56,591 nucleotides of DNA from IMG/VR virus record IMGVR_UViG_3300027861_000038, positions 1-56,591 of that record, one strand, 5' to 3'. The DNA is from a virus. Lineage: Duplodnaviria; Caudoviricetes. Shown in pieces: positions 27,446 through 36,376 of this stretch (position 1 is the first letter of the stretch; each line of letters opens with the position of its first letter). Under the pieces are notes generated by a model. The model saw nothing but the letters and a program-made list of their open reading frames with translations. It ran no database searches and was not told the origin of the DNA. The translations under genes were made by a program, and so were the position numbers.

Positions 27446-27566
27446 TAACTTATTGACTATCAATAGTAGTGTTTAAAATGCTTATTTTTTCTTTCAAAAG
27501 TTCTATAAGTAAAAATATATATTACTACTACTACTACTACTACTATAGGGGAACCGGAATTTTACA
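27446..27566. repeat. Copy 2 of ~120 bp non-coding element, contains (TAC)7
   Basis: Homologous to 14820-14937. Confidence 0.75.
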
Positions 27567-27687
27567 TTGAGCATTGTTGGGATTGTTGGGAGTAGTTGGG
27601 ATTATTCCTAACTCCCAACTTTGGTATTACCCTAAGTGAATATTTTTATGTATCTTTGCAATAGAATTAAATACACTCTAAAATTAT

Positions 27688-29271
27688 ATGTCAGAAATCG
27701 GATACACTCCCAAGAACTTATTGTTCAATGAAGATGGTAGAGAAAGATTATTCTCAGGTATTGAGAAATTAGCAAATGCGGTCAAGTCAACATTAGGACC
27801 ATCAGGTCAGACTGTACTTATCGAGTCCCCACAACACACACACGGAATCACAGTTACCAAAGATGGTGTAACGGTAGCCAAGTCAGTATCACTCCTTGAC
27901 GCTACAGAGAATCTCGCTGTACGCATTATGAGGGAGGCAAGTGAACGAACTGCGACTCAGGCAGGTGATGGTACTACAACAGCCATAGTATTGGCTGAGG
28001 CACTCGTAAAAGAAGCCTACAAGCATTTGAACGATGGTAAGCACAACAAGACTATGGTATTGAGAGATATCGTAAGTGAGACTGAGAAGATTGTAAGCGA
28101 GTTAAAGAAGAAGAGCCGTAAGGTAAACAAGTCGACCCTAAGGGATGTGGCTACCATATCAGCGAACAATGACAAGGAGATTGGCTCCATCATCGCTGAG
28201 GTGTACAAGAAATTAGGCAAGCACGGTGTTGTTGCGGTTGACAAGTCACAGACCTCTGAGACATACTATGAGGCAACGAGTGGTATCAAGATTGACCGAG
28301 GGTATGCAAGCCCATTGTTTGTGAACGACCAAAAGAAGGACGAGTGTGTACTTGAGGACGTATTCATCTTGGTATCAGATGCAACGATTGAGAACATACT
28401 TCAGATTGAGACGGTATTGAAACCAATCATTCAAGAGAACAAGCGACTATTGATAATAGCCCCGACATCGGGGAATGTGACGAACACATTAGCTGCGAAT
28501 GTTATGAAGAGTAACTTACAGTTGTGTGCGATACAGCCACCAAACTTTGGATACAAGCAGCACGAGCTTATGCAAGACATAGCGATAAGTGTTGGTGCAA
28601 CGTACTTTAGTGAGAAGACGGGTGATGACCTAAGTCATATGACGTTTGCTGACTTGGGACACGCATCAAGGGTTGTGGTAGGCACAGACTCAACGGTTGT
28701 GATAAAGGATGACAATGCGTTAGAGGATGAGATTAAGAGTAGAGCAGAGGAGTTAAGGATTGCTGCTGACAATTCAACCAAGAAGGCAGACAAAGAGTTT
28801 ATAATGTCAAGGATAGCCTCATTGATGGGTGGCGTAGGTGTCATCTATGTAGGTGGGAATACTGACCTTGAGCAGAAAGAGTTATACGATAGGGTTGACG
28901 ATGCGGTATGTGCGGTACGTTCGGCACTTGAGGAGGGTATACTACCCGGAGGAGGCGTTGCCTTGTACAAGATGGCTGAGGGTATTGACACGAGCACGGT
29001 ATCGGGTAAGATACTATCAAAGGCTTTAATGGCTCCAATGTTGCAGATATATGAGAATGCAGGACTGACTGTAGGTGGCTCACGTATGAGTGATGAGTTT
29101 AACTACGGACAGGACGTAAAGACTGAGGAGTATGGAGATATGTACGAGTTGGGTGTTATAGACCCTGTAAAGGTTACGAAGTGTGCATTGCAGAATGCGG
29201 TGTCGGTTGCAGTAACTATCCTATCAACCAATGCTATCATCACGATGGCGAGAACATACGAAGACAAATGA
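27688..29271 (+). CDS. groEL: Phage-encoded chaperonin GroEL
   Basis: AVKSTLGPSG, TKDGVTVAK, AGDGTTTA, VATISANND, GILPGGG and GVIDPVKV. Confidence 0.97.
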   Translation: MSEIGYTPKNLLFNEDGRERLFSGIEKLANAVKSTLGPSGQTVLIESPQHTHGITVTKDGVTVAKSVSLLDATENLAVRIMREASERTATQAGDGTTTAIVLAEALVKEAYKHLNDGKHNKTMVLRDIVSETEKIVSELKKKSRKVNKSTLRDVATISANNDKEIGSIIAEVYKKLGKHGVVAVDKSQTSETYYEATSGIKIDRGYASPLFVNDQKKDECVLEDVFILVSDATIENILQIETVLKPIIQENKRLLIIAPTSGNVTNTLAANVMKSNLQLCAIQPPNFGYKQHELMQDIAISVGATYFSEKTGDDLSHMTFADLGHASRVVVGTDSTVVIKDDNALEDEIKSRAEELRIAADNSTKKADKEFIMSRIASLMGGVGVIYVGGNTDLEQKELYDRVDDAVCAVRSALEEGILPGGGVALYKMAEGIDTSTVSGKILSKALMAPMLQIYENAGLTVGGSRMSDEFNYGQDVKTEEYGDMYELGVIDPVKVTKCALQNAVSVAVTILSTNAIITMARTYEDK

Positions 29272-29474
29272 TTTGCCCAATCTGTAAAAAAGAGATGATA
29301 TGGGGAGGAAACCACGACTCTGAGGATTATTGGGGCGAAGAGGCTGAGGGTGGTATAGTATCAAACGCATCCTGTCATAATGACGAGTGTGATGTGGACA
29401 CGGTGCTGATATACAACAGGACGACAACCCACTTAGACTTGTACGACCCGGAGAAGGGAATAGAAATAGATTAG
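29268..29474 (+). CDS. Small Cys-rich (zinc-ribbon-like) protein
   Basis: MICPICKKEMIWGG...CHNDEC. ATGA overlap with the groEL stop. Confidence 0.65.
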   Translation: MICPICKKEMIWGGNHDSEDYWGEEAEGGIVSNASCHNDECDVDTVLIYNRTTTHLDLYDPEKGIEID

Positions 29475-29476
29475 AT

Positions 29477-29734
29477 ATGAAACCAATAGGACCATATATT
29501 TTAGTAACGGAAATCAAGGAGGAGATTAAGACTGACTCAGGCTTACTCCTCTCAAGTAATGACGCAAAGGAGCTTCGCTATAAGAAGGCTCAGGTTAATG
29601 CGGTAGGTACAGACGTATCGAATGTATTAGCAGATGACCTTGTGTACTATGACTCAAGGGCAGGGTATACGATGATAATAGACGAGAAGCAGTATACTGT
29701 AATCAGTCTACGTGATATCGTTGTTGTCTTGTAA
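29477..29734 (+). CDS. groES: Co-chaperonin GroES
   Basis: MKPIGPYILV...KTDSGLLL...VNAVG...DIVVVL. Confidence 0.88.
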   Translation: MKPIGPYILVTEIKEEIKTDSGLLLSSNDAKELRYKKAQVNAVGTDVSNVLADDLVYYDSRAGYTMIIDEKQYTVISLRDIVVVL

Positions 29735-30131
29735 ACTTGTTCATACGTTTGATAAAGTTCCGATAGACCTTATCCATATAGGGGACATTATTTCTAAAGA
29801 GGGGATTTGACCCTTCTGATTCGGGAATCTCTTCGCCCTCAAGTTTTTTGTAGACGGAGGTAAGCATACGATTGGCTTTGTATGAGAGCTTGTATACAGC
29901 CCTCTTTCCATTCTTGGCGTTTCTAAACTTTTCTATCCAACCTCTTTCTCTTAGGCTCTCGAACCTATTCTTATCCCACGAGATAAGCTCATTGAACTCA
30001 TCAAACTTATTCTTATCGAAATACTTTTCACTTCTAAGGAAGAGCAAGAACTCCAAGTCGGGTGCGGAGAGATTGTACTTAGACTGAACAAAGTATCTAA
30101 CGGGTCTCCAATATTTAAGGTAATCTTTCAT
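29703..30131 (-). CDS. Winged-helix (MarR-like) regulator
   Basis: LSAPDLEFLLFL...LRERGWI...AVYKLS. It is the only minus-strand gene in the late arm. Confidence 0.6.
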   Translation of the reverse strand: MKDYLKYWRPVRYFVQSKYNLSAPDLEFLLFLRSEKYFDKNKFDEFNELISWDKNRFESLRERGWIEKFRNAKNGKRAVYKLSYKANRMLTSVYKKLEGEEIPESEGSNPLFRNNVPYMDKVYRNFIKRMNKFTRQQRYHVD

Positions 30132-30172
30132 AAAAAAAAATTTCGTAACTTTGTGGTGTAAAGATACGCATT

Positions 30173-30436
30173 ATGACCAAATCTTCAAAGAAAACATCTA
30201 ACCCATATAAGCAGACTGATTGGAAGAATCAGCTTAGTGCTGCTGCAATGCCTGACTTAAAGAAGATAGACGAAAGCAGAAAGAAAATGACTTGGACCCC
30301 TAAAGGTGGACAAAAGGGAGGAAGACAAGTGTCAGACACAAAACGTTTGAGATTTGGAGGTAGTGTGCTTGGAATACCAACGCCATTGCCGAGGAAAACC
30401 AAGAAAGGGTCAGTTAGAAGAAGAAGAGCACGATAA
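30173..30436 (+). CDS. Basic hypothetical protein
   Basis: K/R-rich, promoter core at 30146. Confidence 0.55.
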   Translation: MTKSSKKTSNPYKQTDWKNQLSAAAMPDLKKIDESRKKMTWTPKGGQKGGRQVSDTKRLRFGGSVLGIPTPLPRKTKKGSVRRRRAR

Positions 30437-30798
30437 TGCCAAAGGACGCTTGCTATAAGAAGGTAATGAAGAGCTACGGCAAGTGGTCGGCTCGTGCAGC
30501 TCAGGCTACGGCTAAGTGTCGTAAGGCTAAGGGCAAGGTGCGAAAGACCAAGGCAGGCTCTAACCTAAAGAGGTGGACTGCTGAGAAGTGGGTTGACACC
30601 CGTACAGGCAAGCCCTGTGGGACAGGCGGAAAGAGCGAGTATTGCAGACCATCAAAGAGAGTGTCTTCAAAGACACCCGTAACCAAGTCTGAGATGTCTA
30701 AGAGTTTGTTAAAGAAGAAGCAGGCTCAGAAGAAGAGTATAGGCAAGCAGGGTGCAGGAGGAAAGAAAGTATCACCAATAAGAAAAAAACGAAAATGA
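30436..30798 (+). CDS. Basic Cys-containing protein (DUF5872-like)
   Basis: KDACY...WSARAAQ...LKRWTAEKWVD...CRPSKRVSSKTP. Confidence 0.65.
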   Translation: MPKDACYKKVMKSYGKWSARAAQATAKCRKAKGKVRKTKAGSNLKRWTAEKWVDTRTGKPCGTGGKSEYCRPSKRVSSKTPVTKSEMSKSLLKKKQAQKKSIGKQGAGGKKVSPIRKKRK

Positions 30799-30926
30799 AA
30801 AAAGTATTAAAGCCATATTTCACAGCAGCAAACAAGAAGACTAAAGGGAAACCTGAAATGTTAGGACTACCATCTGAAGAGTACATTAAAAATAGTCGAT
30901 ACGCTAAGATAGCTAATAAGAAGTAA
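30795..30926 (+). CDS. 43-aa basic peptide
   Basis: Hand translation MKKVLKPYFTAANKKTKGKPEMLGLPSEEYIKNSRYAKIANKK, coupled at both ends. Confidence 0.55.
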   Translation: MKKVLKPYFTAANKKTKGKPEMLGLPSEEYIKNSRYAKIANKK

Positions 30927-31216
30927 TGGCTGAAAAGAGCAAGATGAAATGCAATGTCGTAAAGAGAAGCGACAGGGCAGGGAAGAAAAAAATGGTAAAA
31001 GCCTGTGAAGGTGGCAAGGAGAAGTTAATTCACTTTGGTGCTAAGGGCTATGGTCATAACTATTCTCCTAAGGCTCGTAAGTCATTCAAGGCAAGACACA
31101 AGTGTAGCACGGCTAATAGCAAGCTAACGGCAAGGTATTGGTCTTGTAAAAAACTATGGGCAGGACCGGGAGGTTCTACCAAAAGCTCTCCAAAAAATCG
31201 TAAAGGAAAATATTAG
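30926..31216 (+). CDS. Basic protein with HFG...ARKSFKARHKC...ARYWS motif (DUF5754/DUF6321-like)
   Basis: Motif recognised by eye. Confidence 0.65.
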   Translation: MAEKSKMKCNVVKRSDRAGKKKMVKACEGGKEKLIHFGAKGYGHNYSPKARKSFKARHKCSTANSKLTARYWSCKKLWAGPGGSTKSSPKNRKGKY

Positions 31217-31231
31217 TATCTTTGCAATATT

Positions 31232-31432
31232 ATGAAGCAAGGATATAATGCAAGACTCGATGAGTCAATGGGAGCAAAAAACGGAAAGAAGTCTCAATCT
31301 ATGAAGTCTCGCAGAGATGAATCTAAAGGAATGGAGAAGGCTATGGGAAAGAAAGCTTACTCAGGAAACAAGTCTTCTGCACAGGGATGCTACCATAACA
31401 ACAATGTAGTAATCAAGAAGCATAACTTTTAA
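31232..31432 (+). CDS. Basic hypothetical protein (MKQGYNARLDESMG...)
   Basis: 66 aa, promoter core at 31217. Confidence 0.65.
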   Translation: MKQGYNARLDESMGAKNGKKSQSMKSRRDESKGMEKAMGKKAYSGNKSSAQGCYHNNNVVIKKHNF

Positions 31433-31569
31433 TGGGGAAATTCTTTGTAAAGTTAGGTTTGTGGATTCAAGCATTGTGGTGTAAGTTTCAATGCAAATGG
31501 AATAAGCTCGTATCTAAGCTAATGTTTAGTGTAGAGAAATGTCCAAATAAAAATTGTACCTGTAAATAA
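31432..31569 (+). CDS. 45-aa Cys/Trp-rich peptide
   Basis: Hand translation MGKFFVKLGLWIQALWCKFQCKWNKLVSKLMFSVEKCPNKNCTCK. Confidence 0.55.
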   Translation: MGKFFVKLGLWIQALWCKFQCKWNKLVSKLMFSVEKCPNKNCTCK

Positions 31570-31570
31570 A

Positions 31571-31726
31571 ATGAAATCAAAAGGATTAGGAGACACGATT
31601 GAAAAGTTCACCAAGGCTACCGGAGTAAAGACAATGGTAGAGAAGGTATCAAAGGCTACAGGTAAAAGCTGTGGCTGTGAGGCAAGAAAGAAAAAACTAA
31701 ATAAGGTATTCCCTTATAAAAAATAA
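31571..31726 (+). CDS. 51-aa KSKGLGDT...CGC...RK..LN family protein
   Basis: Hand translation MKSKGLGDTIEKFTKATGVKTMVEKVSKATGKSCGCEARKKKLNKVFPYKK. Confidence 0.7.
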   Translation: MKSKGLGDTIEKFTKATGVKTMVEKVSKATGKSCGCEARKKKLNKVFPYKK

Positions 31727-31735
31727 AAAGTAAAA

Positions 31736-32215
31736 ATGGCATACGAAAAATTACAAGCAAGTGCAGCGATAACGATATATAAAAGCGATGACGCTAATAT
31801 ACCTAATCCGGCAGCACAGAGTATTACAGGGTCAGCAACATCTATATCAGCTAACAAGTTAGTAGATAGTGCAGCACCCTTCGCAGACGTAAAGGTTGGA
31901 GACATTGTGTTAAACACAACCGCAGGAACATCCGCAACAGTAAAGGCAGTTGACTCTACAAGTCAGTTGACATTAAACGCTGATATATTTACAGCGATTC
32001 CCGGTAATTACATTCTATACACCCAACAGCTTGACTTACTAAAGGCAGGTAACGGATGTGTTCTATACATAGGAGTTGCAGGAAATCTTAGTGTTGTAAC
32101 GGTAGCAGGCAATAGCGTTATATTCTATAATGTACCTGTAGGGTTCTTTCCTGTTCAAGTAAATAAAGTTCTTTCTACTGACACGGCGGCTGAGAATATT
32201 GTAGCTTTATGGTAA
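31736..32215 (+). CDS. Putative virion structural protein
   Basis: A/T/S/G-rich, with C-terminal LYIGVAGNLSV...PVQVNKV...IVALW. Confidence 0.65.
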   Translation: MAYEKLQASAAITIYKSDDANIPNPAAQSITGSATSISANKLVDSAAPFADVKVGDIVLNTTAGTSATVKAVDSTSQLTLNADIFTAIPGNYILYTQQLDLLKAGNGCVLYIGVAGNLSVVTVAGNSVIFYNVPVGFFPVQVNKVLSTDTAAENIVALW

Positions 32216-32337
32216 ACAAAAGCGTTGTGATATTTGGAGGTCATATCTCTGTGATTACTCATCATAGTGGGAATAAGAGAAGATATGTTTCTACTACCAC
32301 TAAGAGTGATTTGAAGTTAAAGGTTAAAGTAAAATAA
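32209..32337 (+). CDS. 42-aa hypothetical peptide
   Basis: Hand translation. Fills the gap between neighbours. Confidence 0.35.
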   Translation: MVNKSVVIFGGHISVITHHSGNKRRYVSTTTKSDLKLKVKVK

Positions 32338-32339
32338 TT

Positions 32340-32510
32340 ATGAATGGGTGGGTATCAGATATGAAGCTATTTTTACTTAATGGGAGTACATTTATGATAT
32401 CCCTATCAACACTTGAGACATCATTAAAGATACTATTGCTTTTAGTATCTATAGGGTATACCATCTACAAGTGGTGGATTACGAGTAAGAGAAAGAAGAA
32501 TGATAATTAG
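32340..32510 (+). CDS. Holin-like 56-aa membrane protein
   Basis: Hand translation ...LKILLLLVSIGYTIYKWW with a basic tail, immediately upstream of the endolysin. Confidence 0.6.
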   Translation: MNGWVSDMKLFLLNGSTFMISLSTLETSLKILLLLVSIGYTIYKWWITSKRKKNDN

Positions 32511-32901
32511 GAAGATTATAATCCATTGTTCCGCAACAAGAGAGGGTCAGGACATTAGTGCTGATGAGATAAGAGGGTGGCATAAGGCTAAAGGATGGTC
32601 TGATATTGGCTACCATTATATCATAGGTCTTGACGGAACGATAGCAAAGGGCAGGGAGGATAATATTCCCGGTGCTCATTGTAGGGGTCATAATGGGAAT
32701 AGTTTAGGTATATGTTACATCGGTGGTGTCGAGCAGGATGCAAAGACTCCTAAAGACACGAGGACTGATGAGCAGAAAGAAAGTTTGGAGACGTTGCTAA
32801 CGGTGTTAAAAATTCAGCATCCTGAATCTAAGGTTCACGGTCACAGAGATTTTTCACCTAAAGCGTGTCCAAGTTTTGATGCAACGGAGGAATATAATTA
32901 A
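32500..32901 (+). CDS. Endolysin, N-acetylmuramoyl-L-alanine amidase (T7 lysozyme type)
   Basis: IIIHCSAT, GWSDIGYHY, GAHCRGHN, HGHRDF and KACPSF. Confidence 0.95.
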   Translation: MIIRKIIIHCSATREGQDISADEIRGWHKAKGWSDIGYHYIIGLDGTIAKGREDNIPGAHCRGHNGNSLGICYIGGVEQDAKTPKDTRTDEQKESLETLLTVLKIQHPESKVHGHRDFSPKACPSFDATEEYN

Positions 32902-33293
32902 TGAAGAAGATATTTGATTGGTTTGGAGGTAGTGTAGTAACAGACTTACTTGGCGGATTGGATAAGCTATTCACCTCTAAGGAAGAGAAGATAAAGGCAC
33001 AGAATGTAATCAAGGAGATTCTTGTAAAGAAGCAGATTGAGTTACAGCAGTTGCAGACTGAGATAATTGTAACAGAGGCTAAGGGTAATTGGCTACAGAG
33101 AAGTTGGAGACCAATACTTATGTTAGCGTTTGGGTTTATAGTTATCTATGTAAAATTTTTAGCACCTGTATTAGGGTTGCCTATTCCACCACTTGAGAAT
33201 GAGTTTTGGAATTTATTGCAGCTCGGTATTGGTGGATATGTAATTGGTAGGACAGGCGAGAAGATGATGAAGTCATACGCCACAAAGAAATAA
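32901..33293 (+). CDS. 3TM-type holin
   Basis: EAKGNWLQRSWRP followed by hydrophobic helices and GRTGEK. Confidence 0.8.
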   Translation: MKKIFDWFGGSVVTDLLGGLDKLFTSKEEKIKAQNVIKEILVKKQIELQQLQTEIIVTEAKGNWLQRSWRPILMLAFGFIVIYVKFLAPVLGLPIPPLENEFWNLLQLGIGGYVIGRTGEKMMKSYATKK

Positions 33294-33296
33294 TAT

Positions 33297-34145
33297 ATGA
33301 TAAATGCAATATCCATAACAACAAGCAACAGATATCCGGGAGGTGGTGATGTACCTGTAATATTAGCAGAAAATTATATTGCAGCAAGAGGTATAACAGA
33401 CCCTAACCATCAGGCTTATCTATATGCATTTAATGAGGAGTTGATAAATGGAGGTCTTGTAAATACAGATGGCACTTCTACTTATATAAAAGCACTATAT
33501 CTTTATGGTGGTACTCAGGCTACAGCAGCAGGTCACAAATGGAACTTTATGAATCCTGTTGATACTGACGCAGCATTTAGGGAGACCTATTTTGGTGGTC
33601 TAACTCAGAACTCAAATGGTATAACAGGTAATGCAATTGATGCTTATATCGACCCACACTTTTCACATTCTGATTTTGCGGGTCAAGATGACTGTCATAT
33701 TATGACATACATACGTGATAATCAATCTCCATCAGGATTGCAAGCAGCTTATGGAGCAATTGCAAGTTCATTTAATGGTACAAGAATGTTTCCTAAATAC
33801 AACGGGACAACTATGTTAAATGCTTTATTCGGGTCAACAGGTGGTGGTGTTGCTAATACGGATTCAAGTGGGCTTTGGATAACTACAAGAACAGGTTCAG
33901 GTAATCAGCCTATTTATAGGAATGGAAGTTCTTTTGGCTTAATTGGAAGTAGTTCATCGTCAGTACCTACGGCATCAATTAAAGGTTTATGTGTTGATTA
34001 TAACAACGGACAAATAATCTACCAATACAGTAGTTATAACATTTGTGCAAGAAGCTATGGCAATGGCTTAAGCAGTAACGAAAGTGCAGCTTATTCATCT
34101 GCATTAAACAATTATTTTACATTATTAGGGTTAAACATATACTAA
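33297..34145 (+). CDS. Putative virion appendage protein (lectin/LamG-like)
   Basis: G/S/T/N-rich beta-type sequence. Confidence 0.5.
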   Translation: MINAISITTSNRYPGGGDVPVILAENYIAARGITDPNHQAYLYAFNEELINGGLVNTDGTSTYIKALYLYGGTQATAAGHKWNFMNPVDTDAAFRETYFGGLTQNSNGITGNAIDAYIDPHFSHSDFAGQDDCHIMTYIRDNQSPSGLQAAYGAIASSFNGTRMFPKYNGTTMLNALFGSTGGGVANTDSSGLWITTRTGSGNQPIYRNGSSFGLIGSSSSSVPTASIKGLCVDYNNGQIIYQYSSYNICARSYGNGLSSNESAAYSSALNNYFTLLGLNIY

Positions 34146-34148
34146 GAT

Positions 34149-34406
34149 ATGACAGAAGTTTATTTAATACCGACCAATTTAGATTTACAATACTTAATTA
34201 CTTTTATAGGTACTGAAGGTACTGTTATAAATCCTGTTAAGGATGCAGATGGAAATTATATAATTAGTCAAGAGATTTGGGATAGTTATGAGTTTACTGA
34301 GTCGAGAGCTACGTTAGAGGGAGAAGGATATGTGTTTATATTGATTGATTATAACCCTATAATATATCCTCCCGGTCCCTTAAAAGATGAGATAGGAAGC
34401 GAATAG
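34149..34406 (+). CDS. Hypothetical protein
   Basis: 85 aa ORF. Confidence 0.6.
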   Translation: MTEVYLIPTNLDLQYLITFIGTEGTVINPVKDADGNYIISQEIWDSYEFTESRATLEGEGYVFILIDYNPIIYPPGPLKDEIGSE

Positions 34407-34443
34407 ATTAAATATGCTATCTTTGTAGTATAAATAAAATCAA

Positions 34444-34683
34444 ATGGCAAAATTAAGTAAGAAAGAATTAGAGAGGGTACAAGGTATGCTCAATGCATTT
34501 AATCAATCAAAGATGCAGTTGGCTGATGCTGAGTTAGCAAAGAGGTCAATCATCAACGAGATTGATAAGATAAAAGAGGAGTACACCAAGATAGAGGCAG
34601 AGATGGCTGATAAGTATGGTGGCGGAGACTCTATAAGAATTAATGTTCAGACAGGACATATAGAAAAGAAAAAAGACAAATAA
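34444..34683 (+). CDS. Coiled-coil protein
   Basis: Heptad pattern ending KYG...INVQTG. Confidence 0.65.
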   Translation: MAKLSKKELERVQGMLNAFNQSKMQLADAELAKRSIINEIDKIKEEYTKIEAEMADKYGGGDSIRINVQTGHIEKKKDK

Positions 34684-34687
34684 GCAA

Positions 34688-35290
34688 ATGGGATACATAG
34701 CAAATTACGCACAAGCAACAGCACCATCATTAACCGATAAGGTTATAGGTACTGACGTAGATAATAACAACGCAACAAAGAACTTCACTATACAAGATAT
34801 ATTAGGGTTAGGTGGGGTTACACTTACAAATGTTTTATCTGCTGAAGACGTTGCAGTATCTCAAGGACCATCTACAACAAACTCATTGTATCAGATAGTT
34901 ATCGGTGGGGCACAGGGCACAGCATCTGACCCTGTTATGTTGGATGCATCAGGTAACATTACATTTAACCAAGCAGGTACATACTTGCTAATAGCACAAG
35001 GGTGTTTTGGAAGGTCAAATGGAGGAGCTTCTGCATTAGTTCACTTTGGTACTTTTATTGATGGAGTTCAAGAGGGAGCAAGTCAGAGTGTAGGTATTAA
35101 GGATGCAGGAGACAAGATTCCATATGAGAGGACTGTTCCTATTGTTGTGACTGCAGGTCAGATTCTAAACTTTAGAATGTCAAGAGATAGTGGATTTTTT
35201 AATGAAGGGTCTTTAGTATCTTCTACTGATACAGATGGTCTTTTCACTATCACTCCCAACTTTAAGATAAATATATTAAAAGTAAAATAA
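34688..35290 (+). CDS. Putative fibre/spike protein (BclA-C/C1q-like C-terminus)
   Basis: DKVIGTD...TKNFTI at the N-terminus, GNITFNQAGTYLL. Confidence 0.55.
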   Translation: MGYIANYAQATAPSLTDKVIGTDVDNNNATKNFTIQDILGLGGVTLTNVLSAEDVAVSQGPSTTNSLYQIVIGGAQGTASDPVMLDASGNITFNQAGTYLLIAQGCFGRSNGGASALVHFGTFIDGVQEGASQSVGIKDAGDKIPYERTVPIVVTAGQILNFRMSRDSGFFNEGSLVSSTDTDGLFTITPNFKINILKVK

Positions 35291-35523
35291 TGTCAGGTAT
35301 TATTAGGAAGATATCTATAGGACCCGATTATAAATCCGGGGCTATGCACTACATAGTAGGGCAGGCTGTGGGTAGGGGTGCATATACCATCCATCTAATA
35401 ATGTACGACAATAATAGTAATTCAATTAAAATATGGATTGAGGATGATAGTGAGGCGGTAATACTTTGGAAAGAGTTTACTTCAACTATGCCTGTGTCCA
35501 TAGAGTATAACATAGAATTTTAA
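35290..35523 (+). CDS. Hypothetical protein (IRKISIGPDYK...MHY)
   Basis: 77 aa ORF. Confidence 0.7.
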   Translation: MSGIIRKISIGPDYKSGAMHYIVGQAVGRGAYTIHLIMYDNNSNSIKIWIEDDSEAVILWKEFTSTMPVSIEYNIEF

Positions 35524-36087
35524 ATGAGGTCACCCCATTCATTTATTGTAAAACCATTAAACAACAAGAGATACAACAACACCAAAGATATTGGTGGCAT
35601 AGAGTTTATTGTAAGCACATCAGAAGAGGACCACAAGTTCTCTAATAGGTTTGCTGAGGTAGTTGAGACTCCTGTTGGGTATGATGGAAAAATCTCCAAG
35701 GGAGATACACTACTTGTACACCACAACGTATTCAAGTTCTATAACGATATGAAAGGGAGGCGTAAGAGTGGCAAGAGCTATTTCCAAGATGACCTATTCT
35801 TTGTAGAATTAGAGCAGTTCTACGCATATAAAAAAGATGGGACTTGGTACTCTTATGATAGGTATTGTTTTGTAAAGCCTGTACCTACAACAGAGTCCTA
35901 TATATATAAACCATTTTCGGAGGAGCCACTTGTAGGATTAGTAAAGATATCCAACGACTACTTGATTAGCAAGGGTGTTAATAATGGAGATAGGATATCC
36001 TTCAAGCCTGAGAGCGAGTATGAGTTCGACATTGATGGCGAGAAGCTATACAGGATGTATGACCATCAGATAACAATGAAGCTATGA
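35524..36087 (+). CDS. Divergent tandem GroES-like protein
   Basis: Two halves, FIVKP...GG...AEVVETP...GDTL and CFVKP...GLVK...GDRISF...EFDIDGEKLY. Confidence 0.5.
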   Translation: MRSPHSFIVKPLNNKRYNNTKDIGGIEFIVSTSEEDHKFSNRFAEVVETPVGYDGKISKGDTLLVHHNVFKFYNDMKGRRKSGKSYFQDDLFFVELEQFYAYKKDGTWYSYDRYCFVKPVPTTESYIYKPFSEEPLVGLVKISNDYLISKGVNNGDRISFKPESEYEFDIDGEKLYRMYDHQITMKL

Positions 36088-36094
36088 AGTTAGG

Positions 36095-36376
36095 ATGGAT
36101 TCAAAGGATATAAAATTAAAAATAATAGAAGCAGGGTATAAAGCAGTAGAGCAGCTAATAAAGGTTTCCAAGGAGGCTATTATAAAACACGACCCGGAGG
36201 ATGATATCTCTGCTGACAGATTAAAGAACGCAGCAGCTACAAAGAAGTTAGCTATATTCGATGCGTTTGAGATATTGAATAGGATTGAAGCTGAGAAGGA
36301 GGCGTTAGAGTCTTTGAAGAACGGTCCTAAGAAGACAGATACAAAACAGGGATTTGCAGAAAGACGGTCTAAATAG
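36095..36376 (+). CDS. Putative terminase small subunit
   Basis: Small helical protein immediately upstream of TerL. Confidence 0.45.
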   Translation: MDSKDIKLKIIEAGYKAVEQLIKVSKEAIIKHDPEDDISADRLKNAAATKKLAIFDAFEILNRIEAEKEALESLKNGPKKTDTKQGFAERRSK

